A stretch of DNA of 63,125 nt, filler included, from Nemertoderma westbladi (taxonomy: Eukaryota; Animalia; Xenacoelomorpha), in the NCBI GenBank assembly GCA_032718475.1. It is 3 parts of 3 records of this genome, joined end to end, with 100 filler letters (N's around TTAATTAATTAA, not from the genome) between each part and the next. Parts side by side here need not be neighbours in the genome. Positions count along the whole stretch, not along the records: positions 1 to 31,306 come from JAUCBJ010006778.1; 2 more parts are not named here. One strand, written 5' to 3'. The translations under genes and the position numbers were made by a program. Position 1 is the first letter of the stretch, and each line of letters starts with the position of its first letter. Below are positions 12,231-24,315 of this stretch, one piece after another. Under the pieces are notes generated by a model. The model was not told where the DNA came from. It saw nothing but the letters and a program-made list of their open reading frames with translations, and ran no database searches.

Positions 12231-13045
12231 TTTGTGAACAAAGGATTGCTTCTACGTGGTTTAAATCAAAATTGTCGGATTCCTCGTAAAATTTTGAGTC
12301 TTGATATAATCCGTTTCTACTTGACATGCCACATATATTTATCCAAATGTAGTGCGCATATGTAAATCATTTTCTGGAAACCTTCACCACAGTTAAGGGG
12401 TAATGAATGTCTAAGTACTGGTTGCCATGGGAACGTGTACTTGTTGCCGCCATGTCTGATTTCCAAGTGGCTAGCAATTTTTTCTAGCACAGTGACCCCA
12501 AAAGAACGTTCGTACCAAATTTCATGCTTGTATCACAATTTGAATGATTCTGCCTAAAAACCAGATTAATCTGCCCTAATATCTGTCCGTTTTAAGTTTA
12601 CACCCATGACTCTATATTGAAAAACATATAGTCCAACACACCGTCAATGTCCAGACGTAGCCAGAATTTTAGATTTTAAATCGTTTTCCAGCGTTAAAAA
12701 AAAACACTTTATTGTTAAGTTGAACTTTCGTATCATGGCTATTTATTATATTAACTGATATTTTGTATAATTAGAAAGCTTACCTTTCAAGGATTTGAAG
12801 GATTCCAAATATTTATGCATTTTTGTATTTTATCAGTTCAAGCGGTCGCGGTGTATAAACTCACCGTATTTTTATATCAGTTCAATCAGTCGCGCTATTA
12901 TAATCGCGTTATATTTAATTTCAATTCACCGGGAATATCAGTCGAGCCGACAGTTATATTAACAGATTAAAACATGTTGCATATTATGTTAATTAAAAGT
13001 TATGGCACTGCACAATGAAATTCTTCAATAAAACAAAAAACTCAC

Positions 13046-13183
13046 CGTATTTTTGCATTATAGTTGATGTTTCATTCTCGTCCCTTACTTCCATTGGAGA
13101 ACTGCTGACATATTTGCTCGAACCACTAGCAGGGGTACCGGTAGCCATCGGCCTCCAACCATCATTATTGGAATCCTTTTCAG
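13046..13183 (-). CDS. Unassigned gene, exon 2: EKDSNNDGWRPMATGTPASGSSKYVSSSPMEVRDENETSTIMQKY
   Basis: Acceptor CCTTTTGCAG, donor G|GTGAGT; 138 nt, phase 1 to 1, no stops. Confidence 0.8.
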
Positions 13184-13349
13184 CTGCAAAAGGTAAAAAT
13201 CACTACTTTAAATTAAATATCTAATTATGTAAATGATATCCTGTTGTGGCATAATCCTACAGTAGCCTGCCTATATCGATAAATACTGAAGTTTGGGACT
13301 TAAGTACTATCCGGGTCATGGATTATTGGTGTCTGATGTTCATACTCAC

Positions 13350-13512
13350 ATAAAGATTGGTCATTGTTTGGTGTCTGGGATTTATGAATGTCTGGTATAT
13401 CCCGTATTTCCGGGACTATTACTTCTTCACGTCCCAGATGTGTTTTTAATGTCGGGAGATCTTTAGGATCTTTCGTATCCACCGCTGGACGTACCTTCGA
13501 AAAAGGATCCAT
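13350..13512 (-). CDS. Unassigned gene, exon 1: MDPFSKVRPAVDTKDPK...NNDQSL
   Basis: AAAATGG start context; donor T|GTGAGT at 13349 in phase 1, matching exon 2. Confidence 0.7.
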
Positions 13513-13828
13513 TTTATTTAGCTCATTTCACACAACACATACAAAAAAATATGTAGATAACAATGTGCGTACAGTAGCAACGTCTTTACTTACACTAGTA
13601 CTGTAGGCCTACCCTTTTACTGTGTTTGTGTGGATGTTATTTTGATATAATTACCGGGATCATTTGTAGAAACTAGAACATTTCATAATATAATTTGGTA
13701 TTTTTGCAGTTTCCCCCCCACATTTTTCAGAATTTTATAACAATCCATTTTAAGGATTATTGCATGTGTGTGTAGCTGTAGGCCTATATGTTCCCAAATC
13801 ATCTTCTAAAAGTTTTCCAATAAAAATC

Positions 13829-14330
13829 TTGTTCTAGAACATTAGCTATTAAAAAATTGTTGACTGCAAAATTTTACTAATATTACTAATAATTTTATTT
13901 ATATATTACCTATACAGCATCGCTATATTTAACATAAATTGATTTATAGCTAATTTTCTAGAACATGTATTTTGTTGAAAAGCTTTCCAATACAACAAAT
14001 ATTATCAAAATTTTGTTCTAGAACATTAGCTATTAAAAAATTGTTGACTGCAAAATTTTACTAATAATTTTATTTATATATTATACAGCATCGCTATATT
14101 TAACATAAATTGATTTATAGCTAATTTTCTAGAACATGTATTTTGTTGAAAAGCTTTCCAATACAAATATTATCAAAATTTTGTTCTAGAACATTAGCTA
14201 TTAAAAGAATTTTGACTGTAAAGTTTTACTAATATCACTAATAATTTTATTTATATATTATACAGCATCGCTATATTTAACATAAATTGATTCATAGCTA
14301 ATGTTCTAGAACATGTATTTTGTTGAAAAA
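13829..14330. repeat. AT-rich ~170-180-bp tandem repeat, 3 copies
   Basis: TTGTTCTAGAACATTAGCTATTAAAA...ACAGCATCGCTATATTTAACATAAATTG at ~13829, ~14012 and ~14180. Confidence 0.9.
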
Positions 14331-16287
14331 TACAAAATTGTTCATTGGAAAACATTTAGAAGATGTTTATAGAACATTTACACATGAAATAATTCAGTAA
14401 AATCACTATTAAGAAAATTTGTTAAATGTGGGGGGGGGGGGGGGGAACTGCAACAGTACCTATAATTTCTTAATTATGTTCTAGAGCAAGATAAAGGCCT
14501 ACATTACATTTTAAAAAGTGTACATTTTTGATTTTTTAACACTTTTAAAGTATATTTAGTTTTGTACTTTTACTGTAGCTAGCCATTACCTTTACTGTTT
14601 TTGTAAAGTGTTCTAAGAATATATATATTTTTTAAATTGTTTTCTAGAATAAGTTCTTTTTTTTATTGTAGAAATTTTTTAAAAAGGGTAAGTTTTGCAT
14701 TTTTTAACACTTTTAAAGTATAATTAAGATATTGTATCTTAGCTATTATTCAAAAATTACGGTAGCTAAAATTATTTTCTTGTTTCCGAAACAAATATTT
14801 TATGTATAAATGGGTTAACTCTCTTTACCGCACCAGTAAGTGGGTGTTACTGGACTCCGTCAATGGAAGGGGGGGACGTGGGAGCGCAGCACGGATTATT
14901 ATAATAATCATTTTTATGACTTATGACTTATCAATTTTTATAATAATCTTTATTTTTAAAAATAAAAATTCTAGAATATTTATTTTCTAGAAAATTGGTA
15001 ATTAAGATGTTCTAGAATATTTACGAACAGTTTTAGAACACAACAGTTTTAGAACACTTAATAAATGTTCTAGCCCACTTATCAATATAAAAAAACAAGC
15101 CAAAATAGCATGACAATATTATGTTGAAAAAAAAAACGAAAAAGGCTGGCACTGGCTGAACGGTTCCCTATCTAATACGCAGGCTATAATAAGACTTAAA
15201 TAATAAATGTAGTGGCATCCGGAACTGTTACTTAGTTCCGTATAGGCCTACAGTTTACCAGGCCAAAACACTAGCAATCAATGGCTATGTTAAGTTACTC
15301 TGTCAAGTTTATTAATGGTTTTATTTATCCTAGAATATTTTGTTGCCACCTCAACTAATTTTTTTTAATTATTTTTTTACTAGCCACCATAATTCCATTT
15401 TTTAATTTGTTATTTACAATATTTAATACAGGTGAATAAATAAATAATAATTATATTTTACGTTATTATAGGACAAAAATAAGCACTGTAGGCCTACAGT
15501 ACAAATACTGTACATATTTTGACTTATAAGGGGGGTGTGCGACTGTTTATTTGGAGAAAGTGCGGTGAAAAATCGATTTCAACAGAAGATCACAAGTTGC
15601 TTTTATCCTCCGTTAATAGTGTCACATACAGTACATTACCCTTGCTGCCTTGCTCTTCTTTTGCATGAAGGCTTATCCAATCAGCGTAAATTCGGACCTT
15701 CGTCATTGGGTTGATAAACAACTATTGTTTGTTGCCTTTGACCCAACAAACTTTGTTTTCTATAAATAAATACAGTTCTTGGCCGTAGACCAAGGCCCCA
15801 CACACCCAGGACGAAGATAAACATGCTACTTTTCAATGTAAGCATATGTTATTCTTCAAAAGTAGTATACAGCAAGAAATATATTACATCATCGTTATAT
15901 TGTACAGTATTACAAATAATATAATAATTATTATATTTTAATTCAATAATATTAATATGTATTAATTCAGTTCAGATGTCATCGTGAAGGTGGTGAACAC
16001 ATTACTTTTTTTATATTAAAAAAAAAGGTTTTGCTATTTTTCTCCAAAACTCATCTCATTCCTGACGTGAGGTAGTCCATTAACATATTGGTGGAGGGAT
16101 ATTCAAACAGCATCACCCTGTGTTCAGTTATGATTACAAAGTCCAAGTCACAATTAATTTAATATTTGGGCAATAATGAACTCTAGGTGTTATAGGGCTT
16201 AACATAACATTTTTCGCAGCTACGTTAATCCGTTTTGTGGAATACTGTTTCAATTTTGCGTTCACATTAATCACATTAAATACAATA

Positions 16288-18267
16288 ATGGATGTCAGCG
16301 AGAAATTCCTTCGAGCTACTAACGACAACAGTATCTTGAGTAAAGGATCAGCTGCGAACTGCGGCTACACTGCCGACCAATGGACTAAGTTGTTCTGCAG
16401 GAAGTCACGGCGTAGATCCCCTCTGATTAACCGTGGATATTGGATTCGGGCGCGGGTGATTAAAGGCATCGTCTCTCGCTTCCTGGCATGTCCGACGCTA
16501 CTCCCTAAACAAATCGTATCTCTAGGAGCCGGTTATGACACTTTATATTTCCAACTGTTCAGCAGGAATTTAAACGATAATAATGTAAAGTTTTACGAGA
16601 TAGATTTCCCAGAATTGCTACATATTAAATCCCAGGTTATCAGCAGTAATGAACTAGACACAAAAAACTTGACATTTATTCCAGGAGATTTAAGATATTT
16701 CAATGGAATAAAGACTAAATTAGTTAACAAAGGGTTGGACCATAAAGCTCCTACTTTAGTATTCTCCGAAGTGGTTTTAACTTATTTAGACGAAGTCTAT
16801 TCGAATAAAATAATTAAATGGACTACAGAATTCTTTGAATCTTCCGTGTTTATTAACTACGAACAAATCTTGCCATCCGATGGTTTCGGTCGGTTTATGA
16901 CACGACATTTTGACGGGCTGAATTCGCCTCTGAAAACGATCGATCTGTACCCGGATGTTCGCAGTTTGGTTGGCCGATACGAGTCGTTGGGTTGGCCGAA
17001 GGTTGTAGTTACCGATCTTATCGGTTTCCTTGGATCCATCGAGGGTTCCGAGCGATTTCGGGTTTCGATGCTAGAGCCTTTCGACGAGTTCGAAGGTTGG
17101 CATCTGAAATGCAAACATTACGCGGTTTCTGTAGCTGCCAAAGGAAGTTGTCAGCAGTTTATTGAGGATATTTGTGGTTGTTGGAAGTCGAGGGTTCCTA
17201 TTGGTTGGAATGTTATGGAGCTTCCATGGCAACGGATTGTTTGTAAACCGTTGCTAAGACGATTCGCCCACAGTTCATGCGATTTGGGCGACGACTCGAA
17301 TCCGTTTTGTAAATGCGGTTCTCACCTCGTCCATCTCACTACCGGTGGGTTCGGCGAGTCACCTTTGAGTGGCCCTGGCCATCGTATGCCTTCTACAGTG
17401 GTGCTACACTGCGGGCAGTGCCAGACAACCCAGGAACTGGCCGTGTCCGTCGATTTATCGCGGATGCATTGCTCTTTAGTTCCGATTGGCAGCCGCGCAT
17501 GCGTGGTCCTCGGGGGACGGAAATCCCCTAGTAAACCCTGTAAACTCAACGAAATCATCTTAATACAGATTGACGGCGTTTTAGGAGAGACGGACCTGGA
17601 AGTTAATTCTTCTGTTATTAGTTGCCATGGTGACGCGCCTTGTCCACGATGGAGACACACAGCGACTAACCTAGATATTGCCGGCACCAGACATGTTCTG
17701 ATAATCGGTGGTAGAACAACAGACCGGGTTCTCGACGATTTATTAGTTTTGAACGTTGAAACTTTCACTTGGAATAGAATCAAGGCGTCTGGTTTACACG
17801 CTGTACATTCACACAGCGCTACACTAGTCAACAACACACTGGCTATATGCGGAGGGATTGATAGCCAAGGTGATCCCACAAACTGTCTAGCGTTTATAGA
17901 TTTATCGTCGTTGGACGAACTGGTTGCTACGGTAACCTACGTATCCGTCGATCTACCTCCCTTGTACTCACACACAGCCCATTCGTTAGACACGGAGCTA
18001 CTTTTAGTGGGAGGGGTTTGTTTGGACTTAGTCGCCGTACCAGCCGTTGTTACAGTTGGGTTAGTTTCTCCGTATCCCATTCGCTGTTTTAAACTGAATA
18101 TTTCTAATGAACTCGTTCTAATAAACGGCCACTCATCTACCATTCAACGACAGACAACTAATACTGTGGTGCTCAGTGTTATTGGTGGCGGTTGTAATTG
18201 TTTTTCGTTCGGAACGCTCATTAACCCTGGTTTGATTAATTTAGAATGTGAACTTTCAACTGACTAA
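16288..18267 (+). CDS. LCMT2: tRNA wybutosine-synthesizing protein 4 / leucine carboxyl methyltransferase 2, 659 aa, single exon
   Basis: LCM methyltransferase motifs (TNDNSILSK, RRSPLINRGYWIR, QIVSLGAGYDTLYF, YEIDFP, EPFDEFE) followed by Kelch repeats and the C-terminal GGGCNCFSFG. First ATG is at 16288; the ORF-track start at 16237 is GTG. Confidence 0.95.
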   Translation: MDVSEKFLRATNDNSILSKGSAANCGYTADQWTKLFCRKSRRRSPLINRGYWIRARVIKGIVSRFLACPTLLPKQIVSLGAGYDTLYFQLFSRNLNDNNVKFYEIDFPELLHIKSQVISSNELDTKNLTFIPGDLRYFNGIKTKLVNKGLDHKAPTLVFSEVVLTYLDEVYSNKIIKWTTEFFESSVFINYEQILPSDGFGRFMTRHFDGLNSPLKTIDLYPDVRSLVGRYESLGWPKVVVTDLIGFLGSIEGSERFRVSMLEPFDEFEGWHLKCKHYAVSVAAKGSCQQFIEDICGCWKSRVPIGWNVMELPWQRIVCKPLLRRFAHSSCDLGDDSNPFCKCGSHLVHLTTGGFGESPLSGPGHRMPSTVVLHCGQCQTTQELAVSVDLSRMHCSLVPIGSRACVVLGGRKSPSKPCKLNEIILIQIDGVLGETDLEVNSSVISCHGDAPCPRWRHTATNLDIAGTRHVLIIGGRTTDRVLDDLLVLNVETFTWNRIKASGLHAVHSHSATLVNNTLAICGGIDSQGDPTNCLAFIDLSSLDELVATVTYVSVDLPPLYSHTAHSLDTELLLVGGVCLDLVAVPAVVTVGLVSPYPIRCFKLNISNELVLINGHSSTIQRQTTNTVVLSVIGGGCNCFSFGTLINPGLINLECELSTD

Positions 18268-19509
18268 TACTGCATGATAGCAAACACTGAGTATATTTGA
18301 TTCTTTTTTATTTGCCATTATTATATTTTGCCATTTCCTTATTGCTTATTCGTACCATACCCCAAAATTTTCTTCCAATGCATCACTGTTAGAAGTAGGG
18401 GCAAGTGCAAGTAAATCCCCCCCCCCCCCCCCCCCCCCCCATCTAATAACAAATAGATTTGACACCCACGTTACTAATTTGAATGACCAAAGCAAAGATA
18501 AGACAAAGGAAATTGTATAGGCAGGCACATCTACGGAGCCCCGAGGGGGACATGAAAACCTATCGCTCGCTATCTCAATACACAAACATGAATTTCATAT
18601 GCTCATATCACTCGCTCTCGCATAGTTTTGAAATTTAAAAATCATAAAGTCGCCAGAGATTCTACATTCAGTGTAGAATGATTTCATTTCTGTCCACCCT
18701 TTGAAATCAAGAAAGATCAAAATCAACCTCTATTTATATTACTTTCGTTTTCAAAATTTTGAAATGTGAAGTTTGTAACGCAAATGTGACTTTTTTTGCT
18801 ACAATAGGAACGTCTGGGGCGTTGTGCACTTATTGTATGTGTCTTATCTCCTGGAAACTGTACAGCTGTATCTCCGTGCAATTCCACGGCAACGGACGTA
18901 ACCATTGAAGGCCCCCACTGCACTGCGAACAGCACTGTGTATTTTTTATAAATATTTTGTATGGATTTGCTGGACCACTGGTACTACGTAAACACCCCAT
19001 CTTATTATTAAATGTAAAATAGTAAAAAAAAAATTAAATGTACACTGCAAGCTAATACACGCTATAAAACGGACGTAATCGCACAAAATGCGATTTCTGA
19101 GGTAGCCAAGTTCTCATCAATATTCGTGCGAATAGAAGCAATGTTCTGAGTCTGACAAACCCTTATGTATGCATTAGATTGCCTATGATTGCAGAATAGA
19201 TGCCGAACATATCAATAAAAGAATTTAGGGCTACTGACCACTGATTTTCATAGGCCTACAGTTTGCAGGGTTTTTGTAACGGACAACTATCTTCTGTAAC
19301 GGACGTAAACGTGCTTATATTATAGTGTTGCTTTCAATTGCGTGTAAATTTATATTTTCAACTAAACAAGTGTGCAAATCCATTACCGTACTTAGTCACA
19401 CTTAAAATGTTTTTTTTCAGCAACGAACATAAATGTAGAAGTTACAGTACAGGGCTGTAGCGCTGTTTGCAGAGTGTAAGAAGATATGGTTACTGGTCTA
19501 TATAGCTAA

Positions 19510-20520
19510 CAATTTACGTCCGTCACTAGAAATACACAGCAAAGACTTACTGAAATTATGTTAATTGTCTGTGTAAGTTACTAGACAATAAGTCTGCTTT
19601 GCACTGAAGAAAGTGATGAGTTGAATGCGTCACCCCCTCCTCTAATATTTTCAAAACTTTTAACTTTTTCCGTAACGGACGTAATTTTGGATTTGTGACA
19701 ATTTTCAACCGCATAGTAGATATTTGAAGTCACCAAAGCTCCCACCCCACACTGTAACTCCAATAGTTTATGTCAGTAATTGGGTATATTTATTCCTTCT
19801 CCCCATGAGATGTTTACTACACTATGGCTAACCACTAGTACCCACCTATTACATTATGAAATACTTCCAATTTTAGTATAGTATATGGTTTTTGTTTAAT
19901 GATGAGAGTAATATAATTAAATTTTCTGCTATTGGTAACATTTATATGGGAAAGCAGGTCTAAAGGGAGTACAAAAATGAAAGGATACAATGTTAAGGGT
20001 TTAAATAACAGAAAACGTAAAATTGTTTTCTGAAAATCAACCTGTTTTTCCGGGAAACTAAAATTGAACGTTGCAATACTTATAATTTTTGTCCCAAATT
20101 CTTGCCATTAATTATTGGCATTTCTGGTCAGATTCACTTAATTTATATTCAACAGTCCTCAATAATGCCTAAAAACACTACAGGACGGGTAATTGCCATT
20201 GTATGAATTTCAAAGCCTACACATAATTCTACACAAATTACGTCCGATATGATAAATACACAACAAAGACTTACTGCATTGATGTTAGTTTTTTGTCTCA
20301 AGTTACTAGACAATAAGTCTGCTTTGCACTGAAGAAAGTGATGAATTTAATACATCACCCCCTCCCCTCCTGTATTTTCGGAATTTTAACTTTACCTAAG
20401 GACGTAATTTTCGATTTGTCTATTACAACCGCGTAGTAGAACATGATACCCTCAATATGGTGTCTCAAAAATCCCCCACACTGAAACTCCATTAGTTTTT
20501 CTGTCAGTAATTGGGTATTA
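19510..20520. repeat. ~290-bp direct repeat pair (~19510-19790, ~20235-20520) inside a larger repeat with recurrent ACGGACGTA
   Basis: AAGTTACTAGACAATAAGTCTGCTTTGCACTGAAGAAAGTGATGA...CCCCACACTG..TGTCAGTAATTGGGTAT is duplicated. Confidence 0.8.
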
Positions 20521-21096
20521 TATTCTTTACTTATTTTTCCTATATACCATCGAAAAAGGAATCATCCATCAAATAAGTAGGCACTATAAAAATGTGAAAA
20601 AATTTTTGGCACTATTTTGGCGTAAAATATTACTTAATTAAGAAAAGTGCGTGAAATTTATTGAAGCTTATGTATTTACCATATATAAAGCAAAAATTGC
20701 AAAAAAAGGTTAAGAATTAGCGAAAGAGTAGTATTTTTCGTTCGAAAAAATGTAATTCTGAGATAATAACCTTCAAAGTTCAACCAAGGGCGCAAAACTA
20801 CTTGTATGGGGTCTGGTTGGTTAATAGTGTCTGACATCAAGGAAGCACACCACCGAGCTAAAATCCATTTCCGATGTCAGTTTTAATATTTGGTGGAATG
20901 TAGTACCCCCTTAAAGTCACTATTTACTTAAACTAAAGACGATTAAATAATGAAGAAGTATTGTGAAATTCCATTCATATTATTTCTCAATGTGTAAACC
21001 AAAGAATAGCTGACAAAATGATTCACAAACTAGAAAAGTTATATGATGTCTATTTATATAGTAGGCTACAGACTAGCCCCTAACAACACCCCATAT

Positions 21097-21555
21097 CTAG
21101 GCAACCAATACACAAGCACCACCAACGGCATTTATTTTCTTCTCCGCCGATTTGCTAAATAGTTTGGCTTTCACGATGACTGGGAATTTGGGAAGGTTAC
21201 CTTTCCCCAGTACTTTATGGTAACCGTGTTTTACAGCGTCGATTACAGGGGCTTTCTTCGATTCGCCCTTTGCGAATTTCGCTTGCCACGCCTCCCGCTT
21301 CTCCTCTGACTCCAAAGCCCACAGTTTATCGAGATTTATAACGGGGCAGTAATAACTTTGACGTGTTAAATGGAAATGGCGCATACCGACTTTCCCAAAA
21401 TATCCCGGATGCCATTTATCGAAGTTAATCCGGTGATGATGTTGTCCTCCGGCGTTTCCTCTCCCTCCCGGATGCTTTCGGTGTTTACCAACTCTACCGT
21501 GGCCGTGACTCACATGTCCTCGCAGTTTACGGGTCTTCTTAAGCCTGGAAACCAT
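21097..21555 (-). CDS. RPL27A: 60S ribosomal protein L27a (uL15), 152 aa, intronless CDS
   Basis: [59 protein letters not shown]...KVLGKG...GGACVLVA. Confidence 0.98.
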   Translation of the reverse strand: MVSRLKKTRKLRGHVSHGHGRVGKHRKHPGGRGNAGGQHHHRINFDKWHPGYFGKVGMRHFHLTRQSYYCPVINLDKLWALESEEKREAWQAKFAKGESKKAPVIDAVKHGYHKVLGKGNLPKFPVIVKAKLFSKSAEKKINAVGGACVLVA

Positions 21556-21737
21556 TTCAATTTATTTGTAATAATGAACAAAGATTTATTGTGTTCAGTA
21601 GGCCTATTTCTGTCAGTTTTACAATCTCTGACTACATGTATGGTGCGATAAAATGATTCTGATTTAAACTCAGTTATTTTGTGGAGCTAGGGACCTGGGA
21701 CAGGTTAGAGAGAACCTCATTACAGTAAAATAAACGG

Positions 21738-21990
21738 CTAAGGTACGGCAGTACGGTACCGTAGGTGAGGTGGCAGGGGCCAGGGATGCAGTATAGTATT
21801 ACCTAAGTGAGGTGTGAGGTGGCAGGGAGGTAGTACAGTAGTGGTAGTACCGCAGCGCAGGTGAGGTGGCAGCTGGGCAGGGAGGTAGTACAGTCGTACC
21901 GTAGGTGAGGTGGCAGCGGCAGGGAGGTACCGTAGGGTATTACATACAGTACCGTAGGTCAGTAGGTGAGGTGGCAAGGCGAGGCAGCGA
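21738..21990. repeat. Degenerate minisatellite (GTAGGTGAGGTGGCAG units)
   Basis: AGGTGAGGTGGCAG recurs about five times. Confidence 0.7.
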
Positions 21991-23504
21991 GGTAGTAATG
22001 TATTAGAACGACATTGGGCCAATGATGTCAACAATGTTTGGATGTTCAAATTCCACTGAATTTAATTTCACTGGTGAATTTCATGTTCATGTCTGACTGT
22101 CTGATGTCACCGGTGAATTTCATCAAACCGGTATGCTGGCAGCTGGTATGAGCATGAGGTATGGCTCTATCTATATACCAGTATATACCATGTCCAGCAT
22201 GTCCTGGAATACAGTGTCTTACACTCTTAATTCAGTGGAACGACACCCCCACCCCCCCCCCCCCCCCCCCCCCCCCCCAGAATTACTGAATTAGGCCTAC
22301 ACAGCTACTGAGCTACAAGCGTTTAAAAGTGTCTCCGCCGAAATTTGAAATTGCAGGAAGTAGGGTCTACTCCTTTCTGTAATGTGGTAAATAGAGTTGA
22401 GTTTACCAGTAATTTGGCTCAATGCAGTTTCAAGTAACCACACTTTTTCTTACTTGTCTGCTTGTAGGCCTACTGTTGTTGTAAACCACCTTTCTGCCTT
22501 TCTGCCAGTAGTCCAGTAGTCAGAGAGTTACCTGTACACTGTCATGTCATACTGTCATGTCATGTCAGACCAGTCAGCCAGTGTTCCTGACTGCAGGCTG
22601 GCAGGTGTCAGGGGCAGCAGCGTGCAGCGGGGGCGCAGCGGAAAAATAAAAAATATACGTCTATGTTCTGATGTTCCATTCTGGTTTCTGTTCTGCCCTT
22701 ATCAGCTTGTCAGATTGTGCCACTGCAGCACTACTGCACTAGCAGACTAGCACTGGCTGGCTGCCTGGAACTTCAGGACTGGTTAACTTAACGCCAGTCC
22801 AAGCGTAACCAGTTAACGATAGACTACCACTACCTGCTACCGCTGTACCGGTACTGCCAACTGCTGTACTGGTGACTGGTACCTGTGGCTGTGGTAGGGA
22901 AAGCAGGCCCAGGCGGCAAGCCTATTACATACAGTACAGCAGTATGTATTACTGCAGTTACTATACTGCTATAGCAGATTAGCAGAACGTACTGTAGTAC
23001 ACCTGTCAGGGTCAGCCTGTACACTGTTACTGTACTACTACTAGTACAGTAGTAGTAAGGCAGTAAGGTACAGAGGTAAGTCAGTAGGTACCGGACCGTA
23101 CGACTTGCAGTTTGCATGCTATCATGGGGGAAAGTCATTACTTCGAGCCATAAGCGAACTGTTACAATTGGCAGCTTGGGTGTGTGCTTTAACGCGTATG
23201 TCTGTACTATGTATACGTATTCTCCAGTTTCCATAGCTTGCCGTATGCTACGGGAAGTTTGTAGAAATGAGTATGTTGTAGGGGTTGCCTGTTTGCCGTA
23301 TGTCTGTATGTGTACGTATTTGAAATAGTTCCCGTAATCTACCGTCTACCATACAGTATGTGGGACGCATTCAGGAAGCAGTAGGCCTAGTCAGTGCCAT
23401 GCTTAATGCTAACGGCACTATACCTGGCCTATTTATACTGTACTATCGGTGCTGTGTTGCGGGGGTTGTGAAATAATTCTAATGTATAACAAGTAATGTG
23501 TTAG

Positions 23505-24110
23505 TTTTAGTTAGATACATATCGCATAAGGTACGGTATGTAGATAGGGAATGTAGATACAGATTGATAGATATCTAATGAATATCGTGTACCGCGCTAG
23601 GCGTAGTGTTAATTTGAAATACATCATAAGGTACGATGTATTGGTACGGATCGGCGAGAGTAGAGTTAGATACATATCGCGAAAGGTGCGATATGTACTG
23701 TAGATATGAACGGGGAGAGTAAAGTTAGAAACATATCGTGTAAGGTATGATATGTAGGACGTAGGTACGGATCGTAGAGAGATAGTTAGATACGTATAGT
23801 GTAAAGCACGGAACGTATGCCAGAGTCTAGTGGAGGGGATCGAGTACAGTAGATATTAGAGGACATACGCATGTGAGGTGATATATTAACGTGCACTAAA
23901 GTTAGATACATATTGTGTAATGTGTACTATGTACTGTATGCTAAAAGTACGGTATGTTGAGGGAAGAGAATAGCTAGATATGTATTAGATAGAATTATGG
24001 TATGTAGAGAGGGGAGAGCGTGGATACATAGTAACGTAATGTATTATATGTATAGCCACGAGCAACTAGATAGAATATACAGTATCGTATAAGATACGAT
24101 AGAAAATGTA
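23505..24110. repeat. Degenerate purine-rich tandem repeat
   Basis: Recurrent GTTAGATACATATCG..AAGGTACG.TATGTAG motif. Confidence 0.65.
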
Positions 24111-24315
24111 TAATATAATATGTATAGTAATTAATAAAAATGTTGTTGATATAGTTGATTAAATATAGAAAATCATACTTCAGAAAGCAATTAAAATTAA
24201 ACTAAAATTAAATAATTATGTAGTAAGAGTAGCAAATTTTAGGCCGTTAGGATCGCAATAAGAGTTGTATAATGAATAACACTAAATGTTTGACCCATTT
24301 GTTTTCACAATTAGC

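Noticed and set aside
16237-16287. N-terminal extension of LCMT2 in the ORF track
   Set aside because: Starts at GTG in AT-rich sequence; homology begins just after the ATG at 16288.
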